Assembly (NCBI GenBank): GCA_035647455.1
Contig: DASRNI010000028.1
Span: 138,736 to 202,735, forward strand
Length of the DNA stretch: 64,000 nucleotides
From: Bacilli bacterium
GTDB taxonomy: Bacteria > Bacillota_I > Bacilli_A > RFN20 > CAG-826
Direction of reading: 5' to 3'
Under the pieces are notes generated by a model that was not told the origin of the DNA, did not search any database, and saw only the letters and a program-made list of their open reading frames with translations. Both the position numbers and the translations under genes were made by a program. Shown piece after piece: positions 17,508 through 27,085 of the stretch. Within the stretch, counting starts at the first letter, position 1. The number at the start of each line of letters is the position of its first letter.

Positions 17508-18317
17508 GTGATTAAAGTACTTTTTATTGGTGATATAATCGGAAGAGTGGGGCGCGAAAGCGTCCTCACTTTTCTTAATCCTTTACAAAAAGAACATAAT
17601 TTTGACTTAATAATCGCGAATGGAGAAAATGCAACGCATGGTGATGGGCTTAACAAAAACCATTACAAGTTACTTATTGAAGCGGGAATTAATGTCATTA
17701 CGCTTGGTAATCATTATGATGGTAAAAAGGAGTTAAGAACTTATATTGATGACGCTCCAGAAATCGTTCGTCCGCTTAATTTAAAAGAAGGTTATCCGGG
17801 CGAAGGAAGTAAAGTTTTTAAAACAAAAGACGGCGTAAAAGTTCGTGTAACAAATTTGCTTGGTCAAGTGTTAATGAATGACGAAAATTACACTTCCCCG
17901 TTTACTGCTCTTGATTCGCTACTTGAACAAGATGAAAAAATAATCCATATTGTTGATTTTCATGCTGAAGCAACGGGTGAAAAACAAGCATTTGCATGGG
18001 AGTATGACGGCAAAGTAGCCACTATTCTCGGTACACATACGCATGTGCAAACAAACGATGATAGAATTATGCCAGCAGGCACAGGTTATATTAGTGATGT
18101 TGGGATGTGTGGACCGTATGACAGTGTTATCGGTGTTAATCCAAAGGGAGTCGTCAAACAACTTCGTACTCGTGAAAGAGTGTCGTTTATTTATCCGAAA
18201 AGAGGAAGACAACTATTTAGTGCGGTCATTTTGGAAATTAACAAGGCAACAAAGTTGACGAATAAAATTACAAAAATTAAAATAGTTGGTGAAGAAGATG
18301 AAAAAAGCAATCGTTAA
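17508..18317 (+). CDS. ymdB: YmdB-family metallophosphoesterase (2',3'-cyclic-nucleotide 2'-phosphodiesterase)
   Basis: GTG start. IGDIIGRVGRE, ANGENATHG and GNH motifs. Follows rny as in Bacillus. Confidence 0.9.
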   Translation: MIKVLFIGDIIGRVGRESVLTFLNPLQKEHNFDLIIANGENATHGDGLNKNHYKLLIEAGINVITLGNHYDGKKELRTYIDDAPEIVRPLNLKEGYPGEGSKVFKTKDGVKVRVTNLLGQVLMNDENYTSPFTALDSLLEQDEKIIHIVDFHAEATGEKQAFAWEYDGKVATILGTHTHVQTNDDRIMPAGTGYISDVGMCGPYDSVIGVNPKGVVKQLRTRERVSFIYPKRGRQLFSAVILEINKATKLTNKITKIKIVGEEDEKSNR

Positions 18318-19737
18318 AAATTTACCCTCACTTGAAAAAGCAAGAAGGCGACGACCCGAGCGGATCAATTATGAATGCTTTACGCTTGATATTCCGCCAT
18401 TAGTTGAAGAAAAACTTGCTAATACGAAGTTTTTTATTAGAACTTATGGCTGTCAAGCAAACGTTCGTGATGAAGAATCAATGGCCGGGTTACTAAATGC
18501 GGCAAAAATTGAACGGACCGAAAATGTTAGTGAAGCGAAAGTTATTATTTTAAACACATGTGCAATTCGTGAAAACGCTGAACAAAAACTTTTTGGACAA
18601 GTTGGTAATTTAAAACAATATAAAACAAAAGATAAAGATACAATTATCATTGTTGCGGGCTGTATGGTTCAACAAGAATCTTCGCTCGAAAAACTTTATC
18701 GTTCATACCCGCAAGTTGATATTTTCATGGGGACAAACTCCATTCATAAATTACTCGGTTTACTTAATATCCATCTTGAAACAAAGAAAAAAGTCTTTGA
18801 TGTAACAAGTGAAGATATTACGATTTACGAAGATGTTCCTACATACCGTATTGTTGAACATAAAGCTTTTGTAAATATTACTTACGGCTGTGATAAGTTT
18901 TGCACGTACTGTATTGTTCCATATACACGGGGAAAAGAAAGAAGTCGAAAAGTTAAAGACATTTTAAATGAATGCCGGATTTTAATTGCGAGTGGTTACC
19001 AAGAAATTACGCTTGTTGGTCAAAACGTAAATGCTTATGGACTCGACTTAAAAGACGGGACGACATTTAGTTATATTTTAGAAGAAGTCGCAAAACTTGG
19101 TATTCCAAGACTGCGCTTTATTACATCACATCCATGGAACTTTGATGACGAAATGATTGCTGTAATTGCGAAGTATCCGAACATTATGAAAAAGATTCAC
19201 TTACCATTACAATCAGGAAGTGACGAAATATTACGCTTAATGGGGCGTCGATACACAGTTGCTGATTACCGTGAATTAGTTGCTAAATTGCGGGCTAAAA
19301 TGCCGAATATAGCGTTAACGACCGATATTATTGTCGGATTTCCGAATGAAACAGAAGAGCAGTTTCAGGCAACACTTGATGTTGTTAGTGAAATAACTTA
19401 CGCAGGTGCTTTTACATTTATATATTCACCGCGTAAAGGTACACCTGCAGCACGAATGGTTGATAATGTAACAAAAGAAGCAAAACATCTTCGCTTTAAT
19501 AAACTCAAGGATATTGTTGAAGAACAAACAGCGGACTACGCTGAACAATTTGTGGGACAAACACTTAAAGTGCTTGTTGATGGTGTTAGCAAAAGAAGAA
19601 AAACAATTTTAACGGGATATAGCGAAGAAGAGAAAGTCGTTCATTTTGCCGGACCACGTTCTTTAATTGGTGAAATTATTGAAGTCAAAATAACTGAGTC
19701 ACGGGTATTTGCACTCTGGGGTGAACGCGTTGAATAA
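18298..19737 (+). CDS. miaB: tRNA-2-methylthio-N6-dimethylallyladenosine synthase MiaB
   Basis: UPF0004 N-domain (FIRTYGCQAN), radical-SAM motif CDKFCTYCIVPYTRG, and a TRAM C-terminus. The ORF opens at 18286; ATG 18298 is preferred. Confidence 0.9.
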   Translation: MKKAIVKNLPSLEKARRRRPERINYECFTLDIPPLVEEKLANTKFFIRTYGCQANVRDEESMAGLLNAAKIERTENVSEAKVIILNTCAIRENAEQKLFGQVGNLKQYKTKDKDTIIIVAGCMVQQESSLEKLYRSYPQVDIFMGTNSIHKLLGLLNIHLETKKKVFDVTSEDITIYEDVPTYRIVEHKAFVNITYGCDKFCTYCIVPYTRGKERSRKVKDILNECRILIASGYQEITLVGQNVNAYGLDLKDGTTFSYILEEVAKLGIPRLRFITSHPWNFDDEMIAVIAKYPNIMKKIHLPLQSGSDEILRLMGRRYTVADYRELVAKLRAKMPNIALTTDIIVGFPNETEEQFQATLDVVSEITYAGAFTFIYSPRKGTPAARMVDNVTKEAKHLRFNKLKDIVEEQTADYAEQFVGQTLKVLVDGVSKRRKTILTGYSEEEKVVHFAGPRSLIGEIIEVKITESRVFALWGERVE

Positions 19738-20047
19738 CAAATTTAATAAAACGCTAAAAAGTTTAAAAGAAGTACTGCATGATCATCCGCTTGTGGTCGA
19801 ATATTTACGCTATAAAGATTTAGTAACAAACAGTCGCGAAATTAATGATTTAGAACAAAGAATAAAAATTCTCCAACAACTAATGACACAAAACATCAGC
19901 GATGAAGCACTTCATCATCAATATAAAACAGAATATTTAGACTTAAAAGCAAAGTACGATAATCATCCGTATATCATTAATTACAACAATTTAGTCACGC
20001 AACTCAATGACTTACTAACTGAACTAAAAACAATCCTTGATTCATAG
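19709..20047 (+). CDS. YmcA/YheA (UPF0342/RicA-like) family protein
   Basis: About 105-112-aa helical protein directly after miaB (the ymcB-ymcA synteny of Bacillus). Start uncertain (ATG 19709, GTG 19721 or TTG 19730). Confidence 0.55.
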   Translation: MHSGVNALNNKFNKTLKSLKEVLHDHPLVVEYLRYKDLVTNSREINDLEQRIKILQQLMTQNISDEALHHQYKTEYLDLKAKYDNHPYIINYNNLVTQLNDLLTELKTILDS

Positions 20048-20059
20048 AATTACCATTTA

Positions 20060-20068
20060 TGGTAAAAT
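20060..20068 (+). promoter_or_regulatory. Extended -10 element placed for leaderless mutS mRNA
   Basis: TGgTAAAAT, then 6 nt (atcgct), then ATG 20075. No SD. Confidence 0.5.
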
Positions 20069-20074
20069 ATCGCT

Positions 20075-22603
20075 ATGAGTAATAAAAAGAAACAACCTGT
20101 GTATACGCCGATGATTACACAGTATTTAGAAATTAAAGCGGCAAATCCGGGTGTTTTAATTATGTTTCGACTTGGTGACTTTTATGAGTTCTTTTTCGAA
20201 GATGCTGAACTTGTTTCGAAAGAATTGCAACTTGTCCTGACGAAGAAAGCTGCAGGTAACAATCAAAAAATCCCAATGTGTGGCATTCCCCATCACGCAT
20301 CGACGAACTATTTAGCGAAATTAGTTGATGCCGGCTATAAAGTTGGTATCGTTGAACAACTTGAAGATGCGAGCGAAGCAAAAGGGATTGTACGTCGTGA
20401 TATCGTCCAAATTGTTACTCCGGGTTCGATTGTTGACTTTGCCGCAACTGATCATAACTATATTGTTGCGATTGATCAACAAATTACCGGTTACGTAGTG
20501 AGCTATGCTGATGTATCAACCGGGGATCTCCATGTCACAACTTTACCGATTGATGAAACGAACTTAGTTAACTTTTTAAAAGGGATATTAACGAAAGAAA
20601 TTGTTGTTAAATCAACATTTAGCAGTAAGTTACTTGCACTCATTAAGTCAAATCTTGATATTTTAGTTTCATTTGAAAATGATCTTGTTGATCGTGAGCA
20701 ATATGCTGAACTAATCGAAGATATTAAAGAAGAAGATGAACAAGTCGCAGTATTACGTTTACTCAGTTACTTATTTAAAACAAAAAAACGGCAATTAACG
20801 TACTTAAAAAAAGCTGAAGTTGCTAAAACGAAAAGTTTCTTACAAATTGATAATTTTTCCCGCCTTAATTTAGAACTAACAAGAACAATGCGGAGTGATG
20901 CAAAATATGGCTCCTTATATTGGATTCTTGATGAAACAACAACGGCAATGGGGCGACGTAAACTGAAAGATTTTATTGAGCGACCCTCGTACGATCTTGA
21001 TGAAATACTCCGCCGTCAAGAAATCGTTAATGTTTTCATCGTTAATTATTTAACGCGAGAAGAAGTTAAAAAACATTTTAATAGTATTTATGACTTAGAG
21101 CGAATTGTTGCGCGAATTGCTTTTGGTAATGCAAACCCGCGGGACTTATTACGTTTAAAAAATTCTTTAATTGCGCTTGAAGAAGCCCGGGCTTTAATTA
21201 GTAAAATTAATAACAAACATGTTGAAGTGTTGTATAAGAAGTTAGGAAACGCTAAAGAAATTATTAAACTCATTGATGCAAGTATTAGTGAAGAAGCCCC
21301 ATTACAAATAAGCGGTGGTGAAATTTTTAAATATAACTATAACGCTGAACTTGATCAATTAATTGATTTAAGTCATGGCGGCAAAAAGTGGATTAGTGAT
21401 CTCGAAGAAAAAGAACGCGAACGGACCGGGATTAGAACGTTAAAGATTGGCTATAACCGTGTGTTTGGCTACTATATTGAAATTAGTAATAGTTATTTAG
21501 ATCAAGTTAAAGATGAATTTGGTTATATTCGTAAGCAAACAATGAAAAGCGGTGAACGCTATATTAATGAAGAACTTAAAGAACAAGAAAAACTTATATT
21601 AAGTGCTGAAGAAAGACGTCATCAATTAGAAAAACAACTGTTTTTAGACTTACTTGAAAAATTGCAAAAACGCACGCGTGAAATCCAAATGATGGCAGCA
21701 ATCATTAGTGAATTTGATGTTTATCTTTCACTCGCTACGGTTGCTGTTAAATATAAATACGTTAAACCAACATTTAACAATGAGCGAAAAATTGAAATTA
21801 TTAATTCACGGCATCCTGTTTTAGATGAATTACTTAAAAAAGAAGGTTTTGTTGAAAATGATATTAAAATTGACGAGACGACTGATGTTTTAATTATTAC
21901 TGGTCCAAATATGGGCGGTAAAAGTACATTAATGCGCCAGTTAGCTCTAATCGTCATTATGGCGCAACTTGGTAGTTACGTCCCCGCACAAAGCGCAAAC
22001 TTAATGCTCTTTGATCAAATATTCACACGGATTGGCGCAAGTGACGACTTAATTAGCGGTCAATCAACATTTATGGTCGAAATGAATGAAGCAAACTTTG
22101 CTTTACGACGCGCAACGAATAATTCACTTTTAATTTTTGATGAAATTGGACGCGGAACTTCGACATATGACGGGATGGCTCTTGCTCATGCGATTATTGA
22201 TTATGTTGCGCAAACATTAAAAGTAAAGACGCTCTTTAGTACGCATTACCATGAAATAACCGCGATTAGTGAAAATCATCCAAATATTAAAAACATTCAT
22301 GTTGAAGTTTTGGAAAAAGAAAATGAAATTACCTTTTTATATAAAATCGGTAAAGGTCCGATGAATCGTAGTTATGGGATTAACGTTGCTCGTCTTGCTG
22401 GTTTACCAACGTCAATCTTAAATGAAGCGCAAAAACAATTACATAAATTAGTTGTTCAAGAACTACCTAACCAAGAAGTAATTATGCTTGATCCAATTAA
22501 ACCACATTGGTTTAGTGAGTTAGAAGCACTTGATATTAATAAAATGTCACCGCTTGAAGCACTTATTTTCTTACAGAAAATAAAAGACGAAGGTTTTGAA
22601 TAA
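20075..22603 (+). CDS. mutS: DNA mismatch repair protein MutS
   Basis: 842 aa. TPMITQYLEIK N-terminus, Walker A GPNMGGKST, and DEIGRGTSTYDG. Confidence 0.97.
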   Translation: MSNKKKQPVYTPMITQYLEIKAANPGVLIMFRLGDFYEFFFEDAELVSKELQLVLTKKAAGNNQKIPMCGIPHHASTNYLAKLVDAGYKVGIVEQLEDASEAKGIVRRDIVQIVTPGSIVDFAATDHNYIVAIDQQITGYVVSYADVSTGDLHVTTLPIDETNLVNFLKGILTKEIVVKSTFSSKLLALIKSNLDILVSFENDLVDREQYAELIEDIKEEDEQVAVLRLLSYLFKTKKRQLTYLKKAEVAKTKSFLQIDNFSRLNLELTRTMRSDAKYGSLYWILDETTTAMGRRKLKDFIERPSYDLDEILRRQEIVNVFIVNYLTREEVKKHFNSIYDLERIVARIAFGNANPRDLLRLKNSLIALEEARALISKINNKHVEVLYKKLGNAKEIIKLIDASISEEAPLQISGGEIFKYNYNAELDQLIDLSHGGKKWISDLEEKERERTGIRTLKIGYNRVFGYYIEISNSYLDQVKDEFGYIRKQTMKSGERYINEELKEQEKLILSAEERRHQLEKQLFLDLLEKLQKRTREIQMMAAIISEFDVYLSLATVAVKYKYVKPTFNNERKIEIINSRHPVLDELLKKEGFVENDIKIDETTDVLIITGPNMGGKSTLMRQLALIVIMAQLGSYVPAQSANLMLFDQIFTRIGASDDLISGQSTFMVEMNEANFALRRATNNSLLIFDEIGRGTSTYDGMALAHAIIDYVAQTLKVKTLFSTHYHEITAISENHPNIKNIHVEVLEKENEITFLYKIGKGPMNRSYGINVARLAGLPTSILNEAQKQLHKLVVQELPNQEVIMLDPIKPHWFSELEALDINKMSPLEALIFLQKIKDEGFE

Positions 22604-24354
22604 TGGCAATTAAAGTTTTATCAACCGAACTTGCTAATCAAATTGCCGCGGGTGAAGTAATTGAACGACCAGCTTCGGTCATTAAAGAACTTGTTGAAAA
22701 TAGTATTGATGCTAACGCAAAGTCAATTAAAATCCATGTTTATGAAGCAGGACGCAAGTTAATAATCGTTGATGATGATGGTGACGGAATTAGTAAAAAA
22801 GACGTTCTACTCGCCTTTAAACGTCACGCAACAAGTAAAATTATTGACGAGCATATGCTTTTTCGGATTGCGACACTCGGTTTTCGTGGTGAAGCATTAC
22901 CAAGTATTGCTTCAATTGCTAATGTCACGCTAGAAACGGCTTTTGCTAACGAAGTCGGCACGAAAGTATCCTTTGAAAACGGCGAACAAATTAATATTGA
23001 TGCGCCGAAAAGAAAAGGGACAAAAGTTACAGTAAGTGAACTTTTTTATAATACTCCAGCCCGCCTTAAACATTTGAAACTTGATTATACGGAAAACGCG
23101 GTTACGCTAGACGTCGTCACAAAAATTGCCCTAGCGCATCCAGAAATTAGTTTTTCTTTAGCTTTTGATGACCGTGAACGGTTCATGACTTCTGGACGTA
23201 ATGATTTACAAGAAACAATCTTAAATGTTTACGGTTTAAATACAGCAAAAAACATTATTCCTATTAATGTTACAACAACTGATTTCAAAATTAGTGGCTT
23301 TTTAGGAAATACCGAACTTGTCCGTGCAAACCGTTATGCGATTATTACAAATTTAAACGGCCGTAATGTTTATATGCCAAAAATTCAAGCCGCAATTATT
23401 GATGCGTATCACGGCTTTATTGCTCCGTCGCGTTATCCTTTTGTTGTTTTAAACATTGAAAGTGAGCCAAGTTTAGTTGATGTTAATGTTCATCCAAGTA
23501 AAAAAGAAGTCCGTTTATCAAAAGAACAAGAATTAATTAACGCTTTGCTCCAAAATATTCCACTTGCACTTACGACGCCGACATTCGTAGCGACGAAGAC
23601 AAGTGAAGAACCCGTAATTAAGCGGGAAGAAACAGTTGAAGAGCAAGTTGAACAACTATTAATGGAATTAGAACCTGTTCATAGTGGAGAAGTTACGGAC
23701 AGTGAGTTTTTTCTTATTAGCGATCACAAAGACCAAATAATCGCGCACTCAGAAACAAAAGAAGTGTATGGCCGCAAGTTACGACCCCTTGTTCAATTAC
23801 ATCAAACATACATTGTTTGTGAACATGATGATGGTGGTTTTTGCATCATTGATCAACACGCCGCACATGAACGGATAAATTATGAAAAGTTTATGTTGAT
23901 GCTCGATAGAAAATTAAAAACACGTCCATTATTAGTGCCGTACATCCTTCATTTGTCAAAAAGCGAGTTTAATCTTTTTGATGATGAACTTTTATCATAC
24001 TTAAAGACGATTGGTTTAGAAGTTGAACACTTTGGTAGCGATACTTTACGTATCATCAGTGTTCCTGCATGGGAAGAAGATTACGATGAAAAAATGTATA
24101 TTGATGAAATTATCGCAATGGTTAGAGAAACACGCAAAGTTAACTATGAAAAATTACGGAGTGATGCAATTGCAACAATGGCTTGTAAAGCTTCAATTAA
24201 AGCAAAACAGCGCTTAAGTATTTTAGAAATGGAATATTTAATTAAAGAACTCTTTGCCACGAACAATCCGTATAGTTGCCCCCATGGACGGCCGACAATT
24301 ATTAGATATACAAAGTATGAATTGGAAAAACTTTTCCTAAGGACTGGAACATGA
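22603..24354 (+). CDS. mutL: DNA mismatch repair protein MutL
   Basis: GHKL ATPase motifs (ELVENSIDA, DDGDGI, GFRGEAL). The C-terminal endonuclease region has DQHAAHERI. Overlaps the mutS stop. Confidence 0.95.
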   Translation: MAIKVLSTELANQIAAGEVIERPASVIKELVENSIDANAKSIKIHVYEAGRKLIIVDDDGDGISKKDVLLAFKRHATSKIIDEHMLFRIATLGFRGEALPSIASIANVTLETAFANEVGTKVSFENGEQINIDAPKRKGTKVTVSELFYNTPARLKHLKLDYTENAVTLDVVTKIALAHPEISFSLAFDDRERFMTSGRNDLQETILNVYGLNTAKNIIPINVTTTDFKISGFLGNTELVRANRYAIITNLNGRNVYMPKIQAAIIDAYHGFIAPSRYPFVVLNIESEPSLVDVNVHPSKKEVRLSKEQELINALLQNIPLALTTPTFVATKTSEEPVIKREETVEEQVEQLLMELEPVHSGEVTDSEFFLISDHKDQIIAHSETKEVYGRKLRPLVQLHQTYIVCEHDDGGFCIIDQHAAHERINYEKFMLMLDRKLKTRPLLVPYILHLSKSEFNLFDDELLSYLKTIGLEVEHFGSDTLRIISVPAWEEDYDEKMYIDEIIAMVRETRKVNYEKLRSDAIATMACKASIKAKQRLSILEMEYLIKELFATNNPYSCPHGRPTIIRYTKYELEKLFLRTGT

Positions 24355-25250
24355 TTTATGTTATCGGTGGAACGACAGCAAGTGGTAAAAGTAGTCTTGC
24401 CTTTAAGTTTGCCCAAAAAGTTAATGGTGTAATTATCAACGCGGATGCTTTTGCTGTTTACCAGGAATTAAAAATTGGAACAGCAAAACCGACAGAAGCG
24501 GAACTAAAGAACACAACGAATTATATGTTTAATGTTCGTTCAATCACCGAACAATTTTCAATTTATGAATATCAGCAAGAAGCACGCAAGGTGATCGATA
24601 AATATTTAAAATTGCAGCGGCCAATTATTATTGTTGGCGGTAGTGGACTTTATATACGTGCTGTTCTTTATGATTATCAATTTGCTAAACAGAAAGTGAA
24701 AATTGATGAAACAAAATATATGGAATTATCAAATTTAGACTTGCATACTAAACTCAGAGAGATAGATAGTGAGTCAGCTGAAAAAATTCATCCGAATAAT
24801 CGAAAGCGTGTTTTGCGTGCATTAGCGATTGCCGAACTTGGCAATGAAACGAAATCAGCGCAATTAAAGAAACAACAAAAAGAACCACTTTACGATTATG
24901 TTTTAGTCATTCTCGATGCTGAAAAACAAGTATTAAATAAAAGAATAAAAGAGCGGGTAGAAAGAATGTTTAACGCGGGGCTTAAACAAGAAGTAAACAA
25001 CTTAATCGCGCATTATCCTGCCAATTTACAAGCATTACAAGCAATCGGGTATAAAGAAATAATTGAAAATAGTGATAAAGATGATGCTTTTTTAATTGAT
25101 TTAATTGCCCATAAAACAAGCAAATATGCCAAACGACAAAGAACTTTTTTCCGTCATCAGTTTGTCGGAAAATTCTTTTATAATAAAGATGATGCTTTCG
25201 TCTATTTACTAGAAAAACAAAAGGAGAAATCAAATGCCAAAAATGAATAA
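24351..25250 (+). CDS. miaA: tRNA dimethylallyltransferase MiaA
   Basis: P-loop GGTTASGKSSLA. 4-nt overlap with the mutL stop (ATGA). Confidence 0.92.
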   Translation: MIYVIGGTTASGKSSLAFKFAQKVNGVIINADAFAVYQELKIGTAKPTEAELKNTTNYMFNVRSITEQFSIYEYQQEARKVIDKYLKLQRPIIIVGGSGLYIRAVLYDYQFAKQKVKIDETKYMELSNLDLHTKLREIDSESAEKIHPNNRKRVLRALAIAELGNETKSAQLKKQQKEPLYDYVLVILDAEKQVLNKRIKERVERMFNAGLKQEVNNLIAHYPANLQALQAIGYKEIIENSDKDDAFLIDLIAHKTSKYAKRQRTFFRHQFVGKFFYNKDDAFVYLLEKQKEKSNAKNE

Positions 25251-26838
25251 AATCACTGACGTTGCCCAAAAAATCGGAATTAAGAAAGAAAACTTATTCT
25301 TTTACGGTAATCATATTGCAAAAGTTGCGGATCAAGGCGAAGTTAAAGTACAAGACAGTAAATTAATTCTTGTAAGTGCGATGACACCTACAGCAACCGG
25401 TGAAGGAAAGACAACGATGTCAATTGCCTTACATGACGGATTATGGGCAATTAATGAGAAGTCATTACTTTGCTTACGTGAACCGTCACTTGGCCCAGTC
25501 TTTGGTCGTAAAGGTGGTGCAACCGGGGGTGGAAGGGCAAGATTATTCCCAAGTGATGAGATTAACTTGCATTTCACTGGTGATTTACACGCTTTAACAA
25601 GTAGTGTTAACTTAATTGCCGCGGTGATAGATAACCATATATTCCAAGGTAATGCGCTCAGAATTGACATTAATAACATCGTTTGGAAACGTGCTCTTGA
25701 TATGAACGATCGTGCTTTACGTAATGTTAAAGTTGGTCTTGGTCCAAACAATGGTGAAGAAAGAATTGATCATTTCCAAATTACTGTAGCAAGTGAATTA
25801 ATGGCTATTCTTTGTCTTAGTGAAAATGAAGCAGATTTTAAAGAACGGGTCAGTAACATAATTGTTGCTTATGATTCAGACAATAAACCGATTTTTCTCC
25901 GTGCTTTAGAAATCGAAGAAGCGATTTTCCATTTAATGAAGCAAGCATTATTACCAAACTTAGTGCAAACATACGAAGGTAACCCTGTTTTTGTTCATGG
26001 TGGTCCTTTTGCAAATATTGCTCACGGATGTAGTTCATTAATTGCAACAAGAACAGCCCTAAAATATGCACCAATTGTTATTACTGAAGCGGGATTTGCG
26101 AGTGATTTAGGTGCGGAAAAATTTATGAATATTAAATGCCGGATTGGCGATCTAGTTCCGAATCTAGCACTACTTGTTGTTACCCTTAAGGCGATTAAAA
26201 CACACGGTGGGCAAAAAGCTGCAGAATTACATTTAGAAAGTTTACCAGCAATTGAGTTAGGAATGAAAAATGTTATTCGTCATTATGAAAATTTACATAA
26301 CGCTGGGTTGCCAGTTATTGTTTTGATTAATGAATTTGCGGATGATGTAGAATCGGAAAAAACATTGGTCGAAAAATTATTAACACAACTGAATTATGAA
26401 TATTCTTTCGTAACATCATTTAAAAATGGTAGCGAAGGGGCAATCGATTTAGCAAAGAAAGTCAAAGCTAAATTAAATGAAGAACAGCGCTTTAAGTTTC
26501 TTTATGATGTTAAGCAAAGTATTACGAATAAAATTAAAACAATTGCCCGAAATGTTTATCGCGCGAAAGATGTAATATTTACTGAAGAAGCAGTGCGACA
26601 AATTGAAGAGATAAAGAAACAAGGCTTTAATGATTTGCCAATTTGCATGGCCAAAACGCCATTATCCTTTACAGATAACCCAGCAATCAAAAACGCCCCC
26701 GACAACTTTACAATTACGGTACGTGAAGTTACACTAAATGCAGGAGCCAAGTTTATTGTTGCGTTAACCGGAGAAATAATGACAATGCCTGGATTACCGC
26801 CAAAACCTGCTGCACTTAATATGAAGGAAGTAAAATAA
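25234..26838 (+). CDS. fhs: Formate-tetrahydrofolate ligase
   Basis: 534 aa. TPTATGEGKTT motif, EPSLGPVFG.KGGA.GGG. AAGGAG SD. Confidence 0.95.
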   Translation: MPKMNKITDVAQKIGIKKENLFFYGNHIAKVADQGEVKVQDSKLILVSAMTPTATGEGKTTMSIALHDGLWAINEKSLLCLREPSLGPVFGRKGGATGGGRARLFPSDEINLHFTGDLHALTSSVNLIAAVIDNHIFQGNALRIDINNIVWKRALDMNDRALRNVKVGLGPNNGEERIDHFQITVASELMAILCLSENEADFKERVSNIIVAYDSDNKPIFLRALEIEEAIFHLMKQALLPNLVQTYEGNPVFVHGGPFANIAHGCSSLIATRTALKYAPIVITEAGFASDLGAEKFMNIKCRIGDLVPNLALLVVTLKAIKTHGGQKAAELHLESLPAIELGMKNVIRHYENLHNAGLPVIVLINEFADDVESEKTLVEKLLTQLNYEYSFVTSFKNGSEGAIDLAKKVKAKLNEEQRFKFLYDVKQSITNKIKTIARNVYRAKDVIFTEEAVRQIEEIKKQGFNDLPICMAKTPLSFTDNPAIKNAPDNFTITVREVTLNAGAKFIVALTGEIMTMPGLPPKPAALNMKEVK

Positions 26839-27056
26839 TGACGAAAATTGAAGTGGATCTTTACGAAGAAATCGAAATGAAAAAAGCTCATCCATGTTTT
26901 GCTAAATCAAAAAGATTTCAAGTTGTTCGTCTTGGTGCTGATTTAAAATTGCAATGTCTTGGCTGTGGTAATATCGTAATGATTAGCCGAATTAACTTTA
27001 ATAAAAAGTTTAAAAAAAGTATAAAAAAACATTCTGCGTTAATTTATCAAAAATAA
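26838..27056 (+). CDS. Small DUF951-like protein
   Basis: 72 aa. KKAHPCFAKSKRFQVVRLGADLKLQCLGCGNIVMISR resembles the DUF951 pattern (HPCG..W.V.R.GADI...C..C). ATGA-type overlap with the fhs stop. Confidence 0.55.
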   Translation: MTKIEVDLYEEIEMKKAHPCFAKSKRFQVVRLGADLKLQCLGCGNIVMISRINFNKKFKKSIKKHSALIYQK

Positions 27057-27085
27057 TTCTCTATATATAATAGAGGAGGTAGAAC

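Noticed and set aside
25332-25751. 139-aa antisense ORF inside fhs, and similar antisense or overlapping ORFs (e.g. 16779-17051, 17919-18212, 48677-48970, 52197-52520, 54705-55148)
   Set aside because: Each is fully embedded in a strongly supported conserved gene on the other strand or in another frame. None has an SD or recognisable motifs.
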